From Cenococcum geophilum (taxonomy: Eukaryota), in NCBI GenBank assembly GCA_050273025.1, contig CP158635.1, positions 10,850,001-10,914,000 on the forward strand: a DNA stretch of 64,000 nucleotides, in the 5' to 3' direction. Under the pieces are notes generated by a model. The model saw only the letters and a program-made list of their open reading frames with translations. It did no database searches and was not told the DNA's origin. The translations under genes and the position numbers were made by a program. This document shows positions 51,203-64,000 of the stretch, one piece after another. How positions within the stretch are numbered: position 1 is the stretch's first letter; each line of letters starts with the position of its first letter.

Positions 51203-53920
51203 TTGCCTATCCTATCTTAGATTTCGCTAATTAAGGGTAAAGGATACCTATCCTTTCTAGTAATACTATTTAACTATCTATAGTCAATATATAGCCTTAA
51301 TTTACCATTCTTCTTTAGTATAAATAGTACTAGATAACCTACTAATAACTACAATAGTCTAATATATCCCTTTTATAAGTTTTTCTAGACAAACTCTTTT
51401 AATACTCTACCTTCTTCTTTAGTAAGCTTATAGATTAGAAAGAACTTTAGACTTATTTCTAGTTCTAATTCTATCTTATAGTCCCATACTATATACTCTA
51501 ATAGCTTTTTACTCTTTAGTAACTATAGTTTCTTACTATACTTATAGTATTTTTTTTAGTATATAGCTTAGTCCTTTTTCTGTTTCTTTATAGGTAGCTC
51601 CTACTTAGTACTATACTAACTTAGCTTATAGTTATATCTTACGGCGTTAAGTATTCCTAATATTAACTTAACCTATAACCCAATTAATCTTTAGATTATA
51701 TTCCTATAACCAAGGCATTTCTAGTACTGCCTTATTATTCCCCAATAGTAATATATTAAAAGATATCTTAATCTATCTCCCTTTAATAGTTAGCTAAATA
51801 GGTCCTATTTTAAGATTAATAATACCTCCTCTATAGGCTATCGGATCTCCTAAAATTATTACTAATAGGTAAAGATGCTCCTTTTTCCTATATAGTAACC
51901 CTATTCTTTTAACTTCTATTAGTAAAATATAGTTCCTTATTACTCCACTATCTATTAATGCTTTAAACTGTTAATCTTACCACTTAATTTATAGGTTTAG
52001 GTATTGTCCTTAAATTCCTTTAAGGGTTTAAGGCTTTACTACTAGTTCCCTCTAGTTTTATAGGCCTCTACTTTTCCTAACTATTAGCTACTTAATCCTA
52101 TTTATACTTAGTCCACCTTTAGCCAATATTTAGTTCGCTTTTTATCTTTAATATACTATAGACACGTATTCTCTAGGCATTCCTACTACTATTATCTATC
52201 TAGGCATTCTTCTATAAGGAATCTTCTTAGCTAAAGTATTAAGTCCCCTAGGCTTTGTACTTTTACTAGGTGCTAACTATATATATACTTAGTATTTCTA
52301 TATTTCGCCTTATCCGGTGCCTAATATATCCTTACTAAGTACTTCCGGTTTTTATCTTTTAGTACTCTATATATATTATACGCATTATCTATATATACGA
52401 TCTATGCCAATATATAGTATACTTAGTGTCTTAGGTTAACTCTTAGCTTGTCTTTAACCTTAAGTTTAAACCTTTCTCGTGTTAATCTAAGCGTTATAAC
52501 TTTATTTATAGGTATTAAGATTTACCTCTTGCTTTTCTAATCCTCTAATTATTTCTTTAGATCTTTTAACGTTATAATTAAGGCTTCTTTAATATAACTT
52601 ATAGCCTTTTCTATAATCGGGTGGTTTTAGACAACCTTTTTATCTAGCTATATATAGAAATCTTCCCATTTATTATTATGCCTTTACCTATACTATCTTT
52701 AATATAGCTGCTAGAGTGTATACGGCTTGTCCGTAAGGAAGTATCTTCTTATTACTGCATTATAATAGCCCTTTATATATCGTTCCTTAAACCTAGTTAA
52801 AATCCCTAAATCCTCTTCTTATTCTAGTTTAGTAAGCCACTTAGCTCTTAGTATGCCTATTCTAGGCCTATTAGTAATTCTTTATATAGATACTCTATCC
52901 CTTATACGGCCTAGTATACTAGATCTCTTATCTAGTTTCTAATCTTACTATAAGGTAATTCTTACTTTAAATTCCTCTATAGTTTCTTTTCTTTCGCGTC
53001 TTATAAGTAGATTCTTAAAGTCTTCTTACTTCTTAATCTTATTAATAGTCCTTATTTATATGTTAAAGTCTTAGTCCTATAGGATTTTTAATCCTAAGCT
53101 TACTTCTATCTTAAGCTTTACTCCTACCTTAATCTAACTAGGCTTAGATATTCTTATCTTATTTTAAGAATCTTATGCTTATAGGAAACTCTATTCTAAG
53201 CTCATTTGTATATTTTTAAACTAAGCTATTACTTTACTCCATCGGTTTCTATCCATTATAGGTCCTTAAGCTTACCTTATCTTATCTTAAAAATCTTAGT
53301 CGTCTTTTATCTTATCTTAAGAATCTTAAGCCTTTGGCCTTTTATCTTTATTAAGTAATAAAGTAACACTAGCAGTTGTCTACTTATTTAATCCTTATGG
53401 GATACTCTTCCTTTTATTTTATAAAGCGATAGATACCGTATCTAACAGTATTATAATGCCCGTTACTAAACCTTGCTTTATAGCGGTCTTAGTCTCTACT
53501 TTTAATATAACTTCTTTAAGGTTTATACGCTCCTAGTAAGCTACCTTTATTACCTCATTATCTATAAATATTTTACCTATATTAAACTTGTCATCTTTAA
53601 TATCCAATCTGCGCGATGGTTTATTAGTTCCCCTATATTCTATAGGTTTTAGCTCCTATAGCTAATAGCTTACACCATACTTAGCGTCTTTATAAATTTA
53701 GTATACGTTATTATAACAAAACGCGAAACTTTTAATTAAACATTCTTTTATTCCTTGTAGTATACTATTATCCCTTTATACGTGTATATCTTCTACTACT
53801 AGTCTAGTTCCCTTTATTATATAGTAACCTTAACTATCTTTATAATCCCTTATAAAATGACCTTATTTCCCGCAATTTATATAAGCTCTATCTTTAAACT
53901 ACTAACTTTGCTATAGAGTC

Positions 53921-56365
53921 TGTAACGGAATCTTGTAGTAAGAACTACGGTGGGTCCTGTTATTGGGCTAGGTATGTAGGTGATGCAAATATAGAAGTTA
54001 ACAACGTAATAATAACTGGTGGAGTGGTTGCCCAATAAATTAACTCTAATTGTATTCTGAGAATTACTATAAGGAAGAAACTATCTAGGTAGGGACTAAG
54101 GGTCCTTAAATATATAACTATACTCCTATAAAATCCTTCTTGTACGTAATATACGTCTTATATATAAGGTACGTGAGTTCCTCTCGTTTCTCTTATTTAA
54201 TATATAGCATGTTATATAACCTTAGTTACCATTCCTCGTTATATAGTTCTATCGGCTCTATTCTAGACCGTGCCTAAATTAACTAACTAGCTTTTTCTGT
54301 CTCTTCTCTAAGTAGTTATAATATTGTACTTAAAGCGTTCGTAACACTATCTCCCTCCTTTTTATCTTTGTCCTTAAAGATTTAAAACATCTCTAAGTTG
54401 TTTATTAGAGGTATAATATCCGTCTAATTAATTTGGTTAATATTATTGCTTATTATACCTAAAGCAATTTCTTCTTTATACGCCCAACGTTGTGCTCATA
54501 CTGTTGCTGCAATATTATCTCTTAGTAATATTATACTGTCTCCGTATTCTCGCTATTTAAAAGAGGGGTTAGTTTGTATTGCGTTAGCGAACCTATCTTT
54601 ATAACAACCGTCCTCTTGCTTAGAGTATACTAAAGCGAATATTTGTTTGTCTTATAACGTTCGCTCTACTTCTAATACTAAATATACGCGACCTATTACT
54701 CCTAGTAGTCGTCTAGTTCCCTAATTAATTTGTCTTAGGGTCTTAGGTTTAATCTACTGCTATATAGCTAGATAGTAAACTATCTTAAGCCCTTACTAAG
54801 TTAGAATGTTCTTGGGATGTAGAATAGAAGGCCTTAGATGCTTATATCGCGGTATCTACTTATCTACTTTGTCTTAAGAAGGTTTATAAGAAGGTTCGTT
54901 TTAAGGAGTAGAAACTTATAGAATAAGGTTTATAGGAACTTAGTAATAAAAGAACGGATTCTCTTCTAATAGAGAAGGAAATAGATTTAAGTAGTTTAGT
55001 AACTGCTCTTCCTGGGTCCCCCTTAGGTAACTTATTCTTTGGCGATTCTTTTTTTTAATACTGCCTGACCTAATTTCTTTTAATACTCCTATACCTTTTC
55101 TATAGCGTTTTTTAAATTCTCTAGTGGCTTTTAGGTAGTCTTAGTATAGCCTATCTACTTAACTTCATACTATGTTTTATTGTTAATGTCCTTATAACTA
55201 ACGATCTTTAAAACTTACTATTTATTTTTTTCCTATTCTCTATATATGTCTGCTTTATAGATTAGTGGCTTAATATTCCTATATACTAGCTCTAGTATTA
55301 TAATATGCTATATAGGGTAGATCTTTATTCTAGCTAGTAGGTTTAACTTAAATATAACTGGTGAAATTCTTTATGTGATTTTAAAAGGTCCTAGTCTAAC
55401 GTGGTCTAACTTCTTGCTTAATTATTAACTCTTGAAATTTTTATATAATAGCTATACTTTATCTCCCTCCTTAAGATCTAGTCCCTTAGATCTCTTAGCA
55501 TTATAGTACCTTTTTATTCTTTTTTATACTTTCTTTACTAATTTTATAAGGTCTGTATAAAGATTTATTAACGTCTTTATTTTTTCTTTGGCTATACTAC
55601 TCGTTTTCTTTACTTGCCGTAATAATAGCGATGTTCTTAGCTTATATCCATAGTTTGCCTTAAATAGTAATATGCCTATTCCTTCTTAAGGTGTTATATT
55701 ATATATAAACTATATAACTAGTAATAGCAATACCTAATTGTTCTATACGTGATTGATATAATGTCTTAGATACTATTCTAGTGTTTAATTTAGTCTTTCT
55801 ATTTAACTGTCTATTTGTGGATAATATGCGGTAGAAGTTACTGCTCTAACTTTTTACTCTGCTAAGAATACCTTCTAGAATGCTACTATAAATCTTAGAT
55901 CCCTATCCGATATAATCTTACTTAGTACTCCGTGCCTTGCAAATACTTCTTTAATATAGATTCTAGCGATATCTTCCGCTGAGATTTCTTCTGTATATGC
56001 TATAAAGTATCCCCACTTTATAAGCTTATTCACTATTACTAAGATTACGTTATAATTTTATCCGGTAATAGGATTTCTTAATTTTAGTAACTTAATAATA
56101 AAGTCCTATAATATAACCTCCTATAGTCTCTCTAGCGTTTTAATAGGTTATAGCCCTCTATATGGCTTATGCCTTATTAATTTATTCCTTTAGCAATCTA
56201 AATATTCTTTTATAACTTTTCTTGCTAAGCCCTAGATTCCGTTAATAATATATTCTTTTTAGAGTCTTAATACTAAGCCTCTGGCTTTATTATGTTCTTA
56301 AGTTAATCCCTTATAAAAGTTCTCTATAAACTACTCTGCTATGCTTTTTAGGATATACTTTACTC
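53921..56365 (-). mobile_element. 3' part (LTR, chromodomain, integrase) of another copy of the 38244 family, inserted in the sister copy's gag and cut by the DUF3435 element
   Basis: LTR TGTAACGG...CGTAACA at 53921-54346; 54347-56365 is collinear with 38668-40701. Confidence 0.92.
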
Positions 56366-56722
56366 CATTAAAAAAGAAAATGGAGATCTGACTGCTGGTT
56401 TTGGAGGGTTCTGTTGCCGTTTTTGGAGGTTGCGTTGCTAAAACTCCCCGCCGCCCTAAGCCTCTTGCTTACCGGTCTAACGTTAAGCCTCTTGCTTACC
56501 TAGCCTGTGCCCCGTTTTTTACAGGCAGACCAGTTTATCTAAAAGTATAACCCTTCCACGTGCCTGGCGCTAAACCTATATATACTCTATAGCTCTTACC
56601 TCTAATCCGTTTAACCTAGGCCCCGTTTCTCTTATTCTTTACCCTTCTATCTCCTTAACCCCATATTACTCTCTATATCCTTTCCGCCGTTATTACCCTA
56701 AGTTCTCTTCTAGCTCCCTAAA

Positions 56723-59186
56723 ATGCGGCACGCTTAATTATTAAATCGCAGCTTATTATCCAGCGTTACTAACGATGAGTATATGGATATGGATAGTAAC
56801 GGTGACAGCTACCGGACAGAACCAACTGTCCTTGACAGTGATACTAATAGCACTACTAAATCTAAAAATGCTTGCGAAGCGTCCGCTTAAGTATGGCTTT
56901 ATAAGGATTAAGACTATCTACTAGAATATTACCTTAAACAGTTAAAAGAGTTTAAGGAATCTAATTTTACGACGCAGGACTATACCGATGCCACTATAGC
57001 TCTCCTTAACCGCATTAAAGAACACTGGGATTAGTAAATAATAACCTATTTAGTGGCTTCCTCTTAAGCCTAACTTGGCAGAGAGCTAATAATTTCTAGA
57101 TACTGCACCTATATAGGGAAAGACCCTAAGAAAACGTACCGAGTCCTCTCGCTTTAGCTCCTTTATAGCTTCTTTAACTGGTCCCTAAACTAGAAACGAG
57201 GGAAAGGTAGTAGGAAATAGTGCGGGACGAAGGTTTCTAGCTCGCTTAGCCTATACTAGAAGTACTATCGCCTTATATACAAGAGAGTAACTAAAGGGAA
57301 AATTGCTAGCGAACTAAACCGCTAGATGTATAAGGTGATTATATTCCTAGTTAATCCTTTAACCTAGTAAGGTAAGGCAAAGCTAAGATATCTTTCTTAG
57401 GTACTTCGGAAACTGGCGGAGAAATATGGTCTAAGCGAGAAAAAGTAAGAAAAGACTATTATGGACGTGGAGGATCTCGCCCTAGTCCTTAAGACTAACT
57501 TAGTCACAACAAGGAAGCGATATATAGTTAGACGACATCGGATACAAGTGCATTTCTTAATATAACTAGGTCTTTGTACTGCGAGCTAACCTAAAGCTCT
57601 TCTAAACCTATGCTACCGATATATAATAGTTACACTTATTTAGGACCCAAAGGGCGGTCCCTATAACATCGTGCTTAAGTTTATATTTAAATTTACTAAG
57701 GAATATCTTAGCATAAAGGAAGCGTGTGTTATCTTTCTACCTTATTCCTCTTACCTTATGCTTATAGAGAACTAGTAATACTTTCCTAATTCCTGAGATT
57801 ATCTTTAACCCTTTACTTATTCTTAGCCCTTACGTCTTTCTCTTAGGCCTCCTCTTTGCTAATTAAGCTTTTAGAGCCCCTAACCTAACGTCCGCGGAAT
57901 AGCTTACTAAGCTATATATTAAGCCTAGGCGTAACTAGTTGCCGCTACTACTCCATCCAGACCTAGATAATATCCCCGTATTTTAGCGATCAATTAAAGC
58001 TTTCTATGGCTATAAGGTCTTACCCGACCAACCTTTATAGTACTTAACTCTTTTACTGTAGATTAAGGACCTTAGCACAATTACGGGATTTCGGCAGGTT
58101 GCGCGCCTATATAGTCTCCGTTACGGCGTAGGCAAGGCATTTAATAAGAATAGTAAGTTTTATTATATAGAGCCGGTTCTACTAAGACATTTCTAATATC
58201 TTTACTACTTAGGTAATGTAACTAATGCCCTCCGGAACCTAATAATGTAGTACGCCGACGCTCAAACGTTCCTAAAGCACTACCTTTTACGGCGTATTAA
58301 CGTAGATACATAAGTAATCGTTTAAGGCTTAGAGCCTTAAGAAAAGTTAATAAAAGCAGTATACCGAATGAGCCAATTAATTAACCTGCGGCGGCCACAG
58401 CACCTAATAACAGAACAATCCTTATTGGTAAACGAGAACCCGCGTATTTATTTTTTGATTAAAGTTCAAAATAAGCTAAAGCTTAGCCTTAAGTACAAAA
58501 CCGCAGGAAGTATAGAATACTAAAAGCTTAGCTAAAAAATCACAAATAAAAGGCAACGTTAGAGAAATACGCTATTAGAAAATATTAAAAAGAATTGGGA
58601 TAATAAACAAGCTGTAATTAACATTAAGCGGCAACTTTCTAGAGTTATATTTAGTAAGGATATTAAAGCAACCTTAGAATCTAATAATAATAAATTAGCC
58701 GAACACAAATGCCTTATTAAAGTGATTATAACGCTACCTAGTACATCACTAGAAGATAAGATATATAGACGCAATAATGCTATTAATACAGTTGTAGATT
58801 ACTGCAATATTGAGGAAGGTAGAGCGTATCGGCTAAGTTATCACCAGAGACAATTTAAGGCAGGTGTCGCCCTTAGCCAAGTCAAGATTAAAGAAGATGC
58901 TAAGATTTTAGAAGTGGCTAAAGCGCTAGAGAATACAAAGTTATCCTTATATAAGGAGAAAAGACCAAAAATATACTTTATCTGCCTTAGGAACCAAAAG
59001 CTACTAATTAGTAAGCGTATATATAGGTTCCATACTCTAACTGCTCTCATAAAGCATTTCTAACAAGCGCATCTCTCTAAACTCTTATAGTAGGGTAAGA
59101 TTAAATATAACGTTTATAAAGTGACCCTTAAGCACAAAATGCATCTTTAGAACTATGCGCTTAGTATACATAGGACCTTTTCCTAG
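56723..59186 (+). pseudogene. DUF3435 tyrosine recombinase (Starship captain-like) with C-terminal Cys/His zinc-finger region; multi-exon, RIP-inactivated
   Basis: EYYLKQLKEFKES (~56923), TAS*P (de-RIP catalytic R, ~57580), RLYSLRYGVGKAF (~58105-58141), ALRNLIM*YADAQTFLKHYL (~58226-58285), track ORF 58722-59063 KRPKIYFICL...ALIKHF, then HKMHL*NYA; putative GT-AG introns near 57035, 57335, 57725 and 58154. Confidence 0.85.
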
Positions 59187-59544
59187 TCATTTCGCGTTTA
59201 TCTTATTATTCTTTACCACTTTTTATTTCATTTTAGTCTGTTATTATCCAATCCTATTCCAGTATTTAGTAGAATAGATACAATGACTAGGATTTTATAA
59301 TTCGTCTAGGGGGGCAAGGGGTAATAGGTAAGGTGAGGGTAAGGGTAAGGTAAAGGATAAGATAAATAGTGGGGTAAGGGGTGAGGTAAGGGGAGGCTAA
59401 TAGGAGATAGATAATACAGTTGCTACACAATATCTGACGGACCGACTATGGACAAGATATACATTTGAATTTCTTAGATTAACCCAAATAGAGAAAGGAA
59501 GAGAAGTATTATATAATAACTTCCTACCTAAGCCAATCTCCTAA

Positions 59545-60660
59545 GCTATATATCTTTACTTATATATAACGCTCGCACCTTTTACAACGAAGTATATAAG
59601 GGTAATTAGGGTTAGACAGATAACTGCTGTCCTTAATATAATATATAAACTCGGCTCTATAACCAATATTATAACAGGTCCTGGTCATGCAGAGGGTATT
59701 AAAACAGTTATTAATATTTTCGCTTTTACGCTCAGCCACGGCGTACCTCGCCTCGGCGGATTAAAGCAGTGATTTTATTTATTATAGCTGAGATTAGACA
59801 GCTTAAAGTTTCTATATAAAATTTTCCTCCATATCCTTAGATGCGGTAACCACCATCCATATAATACCAATGGCGAAATCGCTTATAACATCTAGCCCTA
59901 CAAAGTCCTCAAGTTTAATAAGCTCTTTAATGTACTCGGCCGCTATTAAGGTGATTATATTATACAATACTAAGTCGCCTATTAGGCTAAAGACATCCTT
60001 AACAATATTAGGAAACCTGTTTACGGACTAGCTAGTTCCTAGAATACGTTAGATTTTTATATTTATAAGCTCTTTTAGCTGTGGTATATTATAATAATCG
60101 GCAATTATATTAATATAGACGTGGCGAAGTGTAATATAGGCCGTTATCGGCCATATTATTGTGTCTCTATCATCGCCACCACTACTATCTAGTTTAGATG
60201 GCAATAAGGCATTAGCATTATCAAGTTACGCTACCTCTAATTCTATAAATTAAAGCTTAAGTATAGATAAATTAGATTAGCGTGCGAATATATCCCTTAC
60301 CTTAGCCGAGCTTTTCCACACTTACAATATTAGATCCTTACTCCTCCTCGCCATTATTATAGTCCCTCTTATATATAAATTGGATTATTCTCTTAACGGT
60401 GCCGGAATCGAACTCATTAATATTTATAATGTTAGTCGCCGCCTCCTACCCGTTAGTTAGTTCCTAGTTAGGGTTAATTCTATTAAACGTTTAGTTAGCT
60501 TTTACTTAAAAGCCTCCATTATATACAGCTGTAAGTACAGGAGATTAGGTGCATATAATCGCTTTATAGACTTTAAACTCTAGCCCCTAGTATATAAGTT
60601 TTAAGTTACTATATTTCTTGCTATTTATAAGCTGCGCTAAGCCAAGTAGAACATTTTTAG
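59545..60660 (-). pseudogene. BTB/POZ-domain protein relic (cargo)
   Basis: Minus strand reads KYSNLKLIY*GLEFKVYKAIICT*SPVL...GGF (de-RIP YSDL.L.C.G.EFKVHKAIIC.QSP), an intron, then INEFDSGTVKRIIQFIYK.DY and AIADYYNIPQLKEL; Cys-rich C-terminus. Confidence 0.8.
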
Positions 60661-61149
60661 ATAATATATTTTGTTAGTTTTCTTTCCTAGTTCTAGTTTC
60701 GACTACGTCTCAAGCAATGTTTGAGGGTGTGATTTAGTGTCAAATAGGACAATTAAAAATGAGAATTCTGCTTTATTAAACGTGGCTTTAGAGCCTCTAT
60801 ATATATATTAAGAAGTTGTTATTAGCTTCGTCTAATCTGCGACGGATTTAGTTAATTAGTTAGAGCTTTAAATATTAGTCGCTTAACTAAGGACTAATAT
60901 GACTTCTAAAGTTATAAGTTGATATTTAGCTTATATACATGCCAAGCATTTTCTACTACCCTTCTACCTAGATAAAGCTAGTTATATAACTAGAAAAACC
61001 CCACTATCTATATCTAGTAAAAGTACGGAAAATTATAAGACAATAAATAAACACTATATAAACGTATGCGGCGGCTATAGGTAGAGGAGCATACATTACA
61101 GTAAAGGAAAGAAGGTAACTATATTTCAGCCTAGTTAGCCCATAGGCCT

Positions 61150-62450
61150 TATAACTCTACTAGTAAGCCCTAAATTTCATAATGGTAAACAGAACCCAGG
61201 CTTAATATAGTCAGCCATTAGCAAAGCAATATTAAAGCACCTACTTAGATTTAGGATTAAGTTAATTCTCTAAGGAATATAGGGAAGAATCTAATTAGTT
61301 CCCAGCAGGAAAGGCTTTTAGGGTATAGAACCTTAATTAAGGCTCGTATTAACTTATCCTAGAAATCTCCCATCTGTCTAGTTTAAGTAATTAATTCAAC
61401 TCTTTAGGGACGCGATGCCGAGGAGGCTAGTATCTTACAATGAAACAGGGTAATTATTATAGGCTTATAATAAAGAGAGCGATATAGAGCTACCTATAGG
61501 ATAAGCTTATTAGAACGTAAAGAGAACCGGTAAACAAAGGCAAATATAGGGTTAGCGTACCCAGAGAGGCACCAATATAATATCGTCATATAGACCAACC
61601 CATTGTCATATCTATAACTTTATTAGCTACATTAGGAGAAGGCGGAAGCGTAGACTAGTAGCATTAGCCGGTTTTATATTACTAGCGGTTAATTAGGTTA
61701 ATATAGTTAATATAGTTAATATAGTTAATAGGGTTAATGGGGTTAATAGAGTTAACGCGGTCAATAGCCTTACCCTAGTAAATAGCACTCCGCGCAGTAA
61801 TACCAACTTCTTATTTTAACGCCACTACATATAATAAGTCTTACTGCTAGGTCTAAAGCTAGTAATATATAGGCTGTTGCTAGACATTCTAAAACTTAAT
61901 AGAAGCGGTTCTTGGTAAGTAGGGATATAAGTACAGCCTTAACTCTTAGTAATAAAGATCGGCAAACATTTACATAGGAAGAAGCTAAACAACTTCGCTT
62001 ATTATATCTAATACGCTCTACTTAGTTTAAGGTTCTTATAGATAAATAGGAGGAGCTTTTAGAGCGTTTAAATAAGCTGCTAGCAGCTAAGAGTATACCC
62101 TAGGTGGCTACTAAAGTCCTTAATTAGCGTATAATACAAGCCGTTAGGAAAGCCCATTGTTAGTTTTATTATATTATAGTTAGAACACTTATACTAACTT
62201 AGGTTTTAGCTTTATTAAATATAGCGTCTAAGGAGGAAGTAAGCAAATCGACTAATTAACCCTAGGCATTAACTAAGTAATATAATCCTATAAGAGATAT
62301 AGGCCCTACAAGACGTAAGAGTAGAGGGGCGTCGTTTAAAAAGGTTGTTTTAGTTTTCTAAGTAGTTTATATATTAACGCTAGTAGCGCCCCCACTTCTA
62401 AGTCTTCTTACTTAAGGAGGCTTATTTATACCGGACTTTATTAAAGAGAT
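61150..62450 (-). pseudogene. Degraded hypothetical gene relic with a 9-bp (IDP/IDH-like) repeat
   Basis: 9-bp repeats at ~61685-61770 and codon-like RIPed sequence; family not recognised; strand and limits uncertain. Confidence 0.3.
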
Positions 62451-63644
62451 TAGGCTTTTAAAGGGTTAATAGGGAGATAAGGAGCTAGATAGAAAACGTT
62501 TATATTAATCTCTAATGTTAACATATACGGTTATAGCCAAGATACGCACGCAGACAATATGCCTCGTTTTGCTACTATATACCTTATAGCACCCATCTTA
62601 TATACTATACAAATGATATAAACCGGCGATCAATATATAGGCTATAAGACGCGTCATAGACGAAATGGCATATACCCCACGACTTAACTCCCTCCTATTT
62701 ATTAATATAAGACGTATATTTAGCTCCTATGTATAACTAGAACCGAAACTAAGCCCCGGTATATAGCCCTATACTTTAAGCCTATTACTTAGCTTGGACT
62801 TAAGAGGATATTAGTATAATCTAGCACTCTAGTACTTACTAGCTTAGCTATCCAAACGCCTCTATACCCGCAATGGCCCGCTAATGAATTTTTTTATAGG
62901 TAATTAGCGTTTCGTTCTCGTTTTCTAGGTTATTTAACGCCCCCGATTTTAGACCTACGTATACTTTCGCATAAATCTCTTCACTCTTTAACATTTTTAG
63001 TCTTTTAATTTATCTAAGTTAAGGTTAAGGATATAGTATACAGTTAATCAAAAACAGTTATACGCTTAGCTCTAAGAATACTCCTCTAGCGTTTCTAACA
63101 TCTATAAAATCGTATCCCTAGTAATATATTCCGTGTATAATATATAGAACAATTGCTAGTCTTTATATATAAGTTTTTATAGCTTTATATATTATAGCTA
63201 ATCTAGCTTTTAACGCTAAAATAGAGTAAAATTAGCAACAACTAAAAGAAGGAATTCAAAAGACAACGCGGCATTATTTACTCTTATTTTAAAGACTATA
63301 AGTTAATAACGGATAATAAAGAAGATAAGGCTTTTTAAAACCTTATTAATTACTATAACACTTATAACAATCTAGAGAAAGTTTAATATTTAAAGGAGAT
63401 ACTACTTAACCTTAATTAGGGTAAGACTTAATAAGAGATGCTTACCAAGAAAATATTATAAAAAGGATAGGAGATATTAAAATATAGAATTTAAATATAC
63501 TATAGGCCTTAAGAAGCTCCTGGATATAACTTAGTAATAGCATAGCAGTGCTTAATAGATAATCTCCCCCGTTATAGCTAAATGTATAATATAACTTTTA
63601 TTTATCCTCTAATTAACGCCTAGTATATAAATAGGATATTAATA

Positions 63645-64000
63645 GGTAAGCTAGGCGATCCTATAAGCTGGGTAATTATATAAGCTAGGTAATTATACGA
63701 GCTAGGTAATTATACAAGCTAGATACTTATAGGAGCTAGCAAATCCTACGAGCTAGGTAATTATGCAAGCTAGGTAACCATATAAGCATAGTGCTTATAG
63801 GAGCTAGGTAATCCTACAAGCTAGGTAATTATGCGAGCTAGGCAATTATGCGAACTAGGTAATCGTGCGAGCTGGGCGATTGTGCGAGCTAGATGCTTAT
63901 GGGAGCTAGCAGATCCTACAAGCTAGGTAATCGTGCGAGCTAGGCAATCGTGTGAACTGGGTAATTGTGCGAGCCGGGTAATCGTGCGAGCCGGGTGATC
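63645..64000. repeat. 17-bp minisatellite (agctRggtaatYRtgcg), continues past the window end
   Basis: Repeated units, with a higher-order variant block (agatgcttatgggagctagcagatcctac) recurring. Confidence 0.9.

Larger units (their letters stand above)
38244..53920 (-). mobile_element. Ty3/Gypsy chromovirus related to 22143-36769, with three nested insertions; 5' part displaced by the insertion at 53921
   Basis: 3' LTR 38244-38667 plus PPT; chromodomain ~39350-39500; integrase ~39700-40700; RH/RT ~49850-51500; protease ~51950; gag knuckle ~53850-53885. Host sequence resumes after each insertion. Confidence 0.9.
56366..64000 (+). mobile_element. Left part of a Starship-like (DUF3435 captain) element; right end not in window
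   Basis: Host retrotransposon stops abruptly just after TTAC (56360-56363); the first gene, ~360 bp inside and pointing inward, is a DUF3435 YR; degraded non-TE genes follow. Confidence 0.65.

Noticed and set aside
58559..59050. Minus-strand ORFs of 71 and 69 aa
   Set aside because: Antisense to the DUF3435 relic.

Overview
This AT-rich, TpA-enriched, CpA/TpG-depleted window looks like a RIP-mutated (repeat-induced point mutation) transposon block from a filamentous ascomycete; the organism is inferred. I found no intact protein-coding gene. Every ORF in the track is either a fragment of a dead TE gene or an artefact of a repeat or antisense frame. From left to right: (1) 1-9169 is the right part of a large degraded element with a SNF2-helicase relic, ending in doubled TIR-like termini. 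(2) 9170-21653 is a chromoviral Ty3/Gypsy element with a Ngaro tyrosine-recombinase retroelement nested at about 10673-15511. (3) 22143-36769 is a + strand Gypsy hosting an RT-less LTR element (22954-29684, itself holding a Fot1/pogo transposon) and a 2-kb minisatellite-filled TIR element (32196-34153). (4) 38244-53920 is a related - strand Gypsy hosting a younger copy of that TIR element (40702-42806), a full-length Gypsy (42930-49842) and a solo LTR (50947-51202). (5) 53921-56365 is another copy of that Gypsy family, interrupted by (6) a Starship-like element with a DUF3435 tyrosine-recombinase captain relic, a BTB/POZ cargo relic and further degraded sequence running off the window. Protein motifs were read by hand-translation, often reversing C>T/G>A changes, so internal coordinates are approximate.
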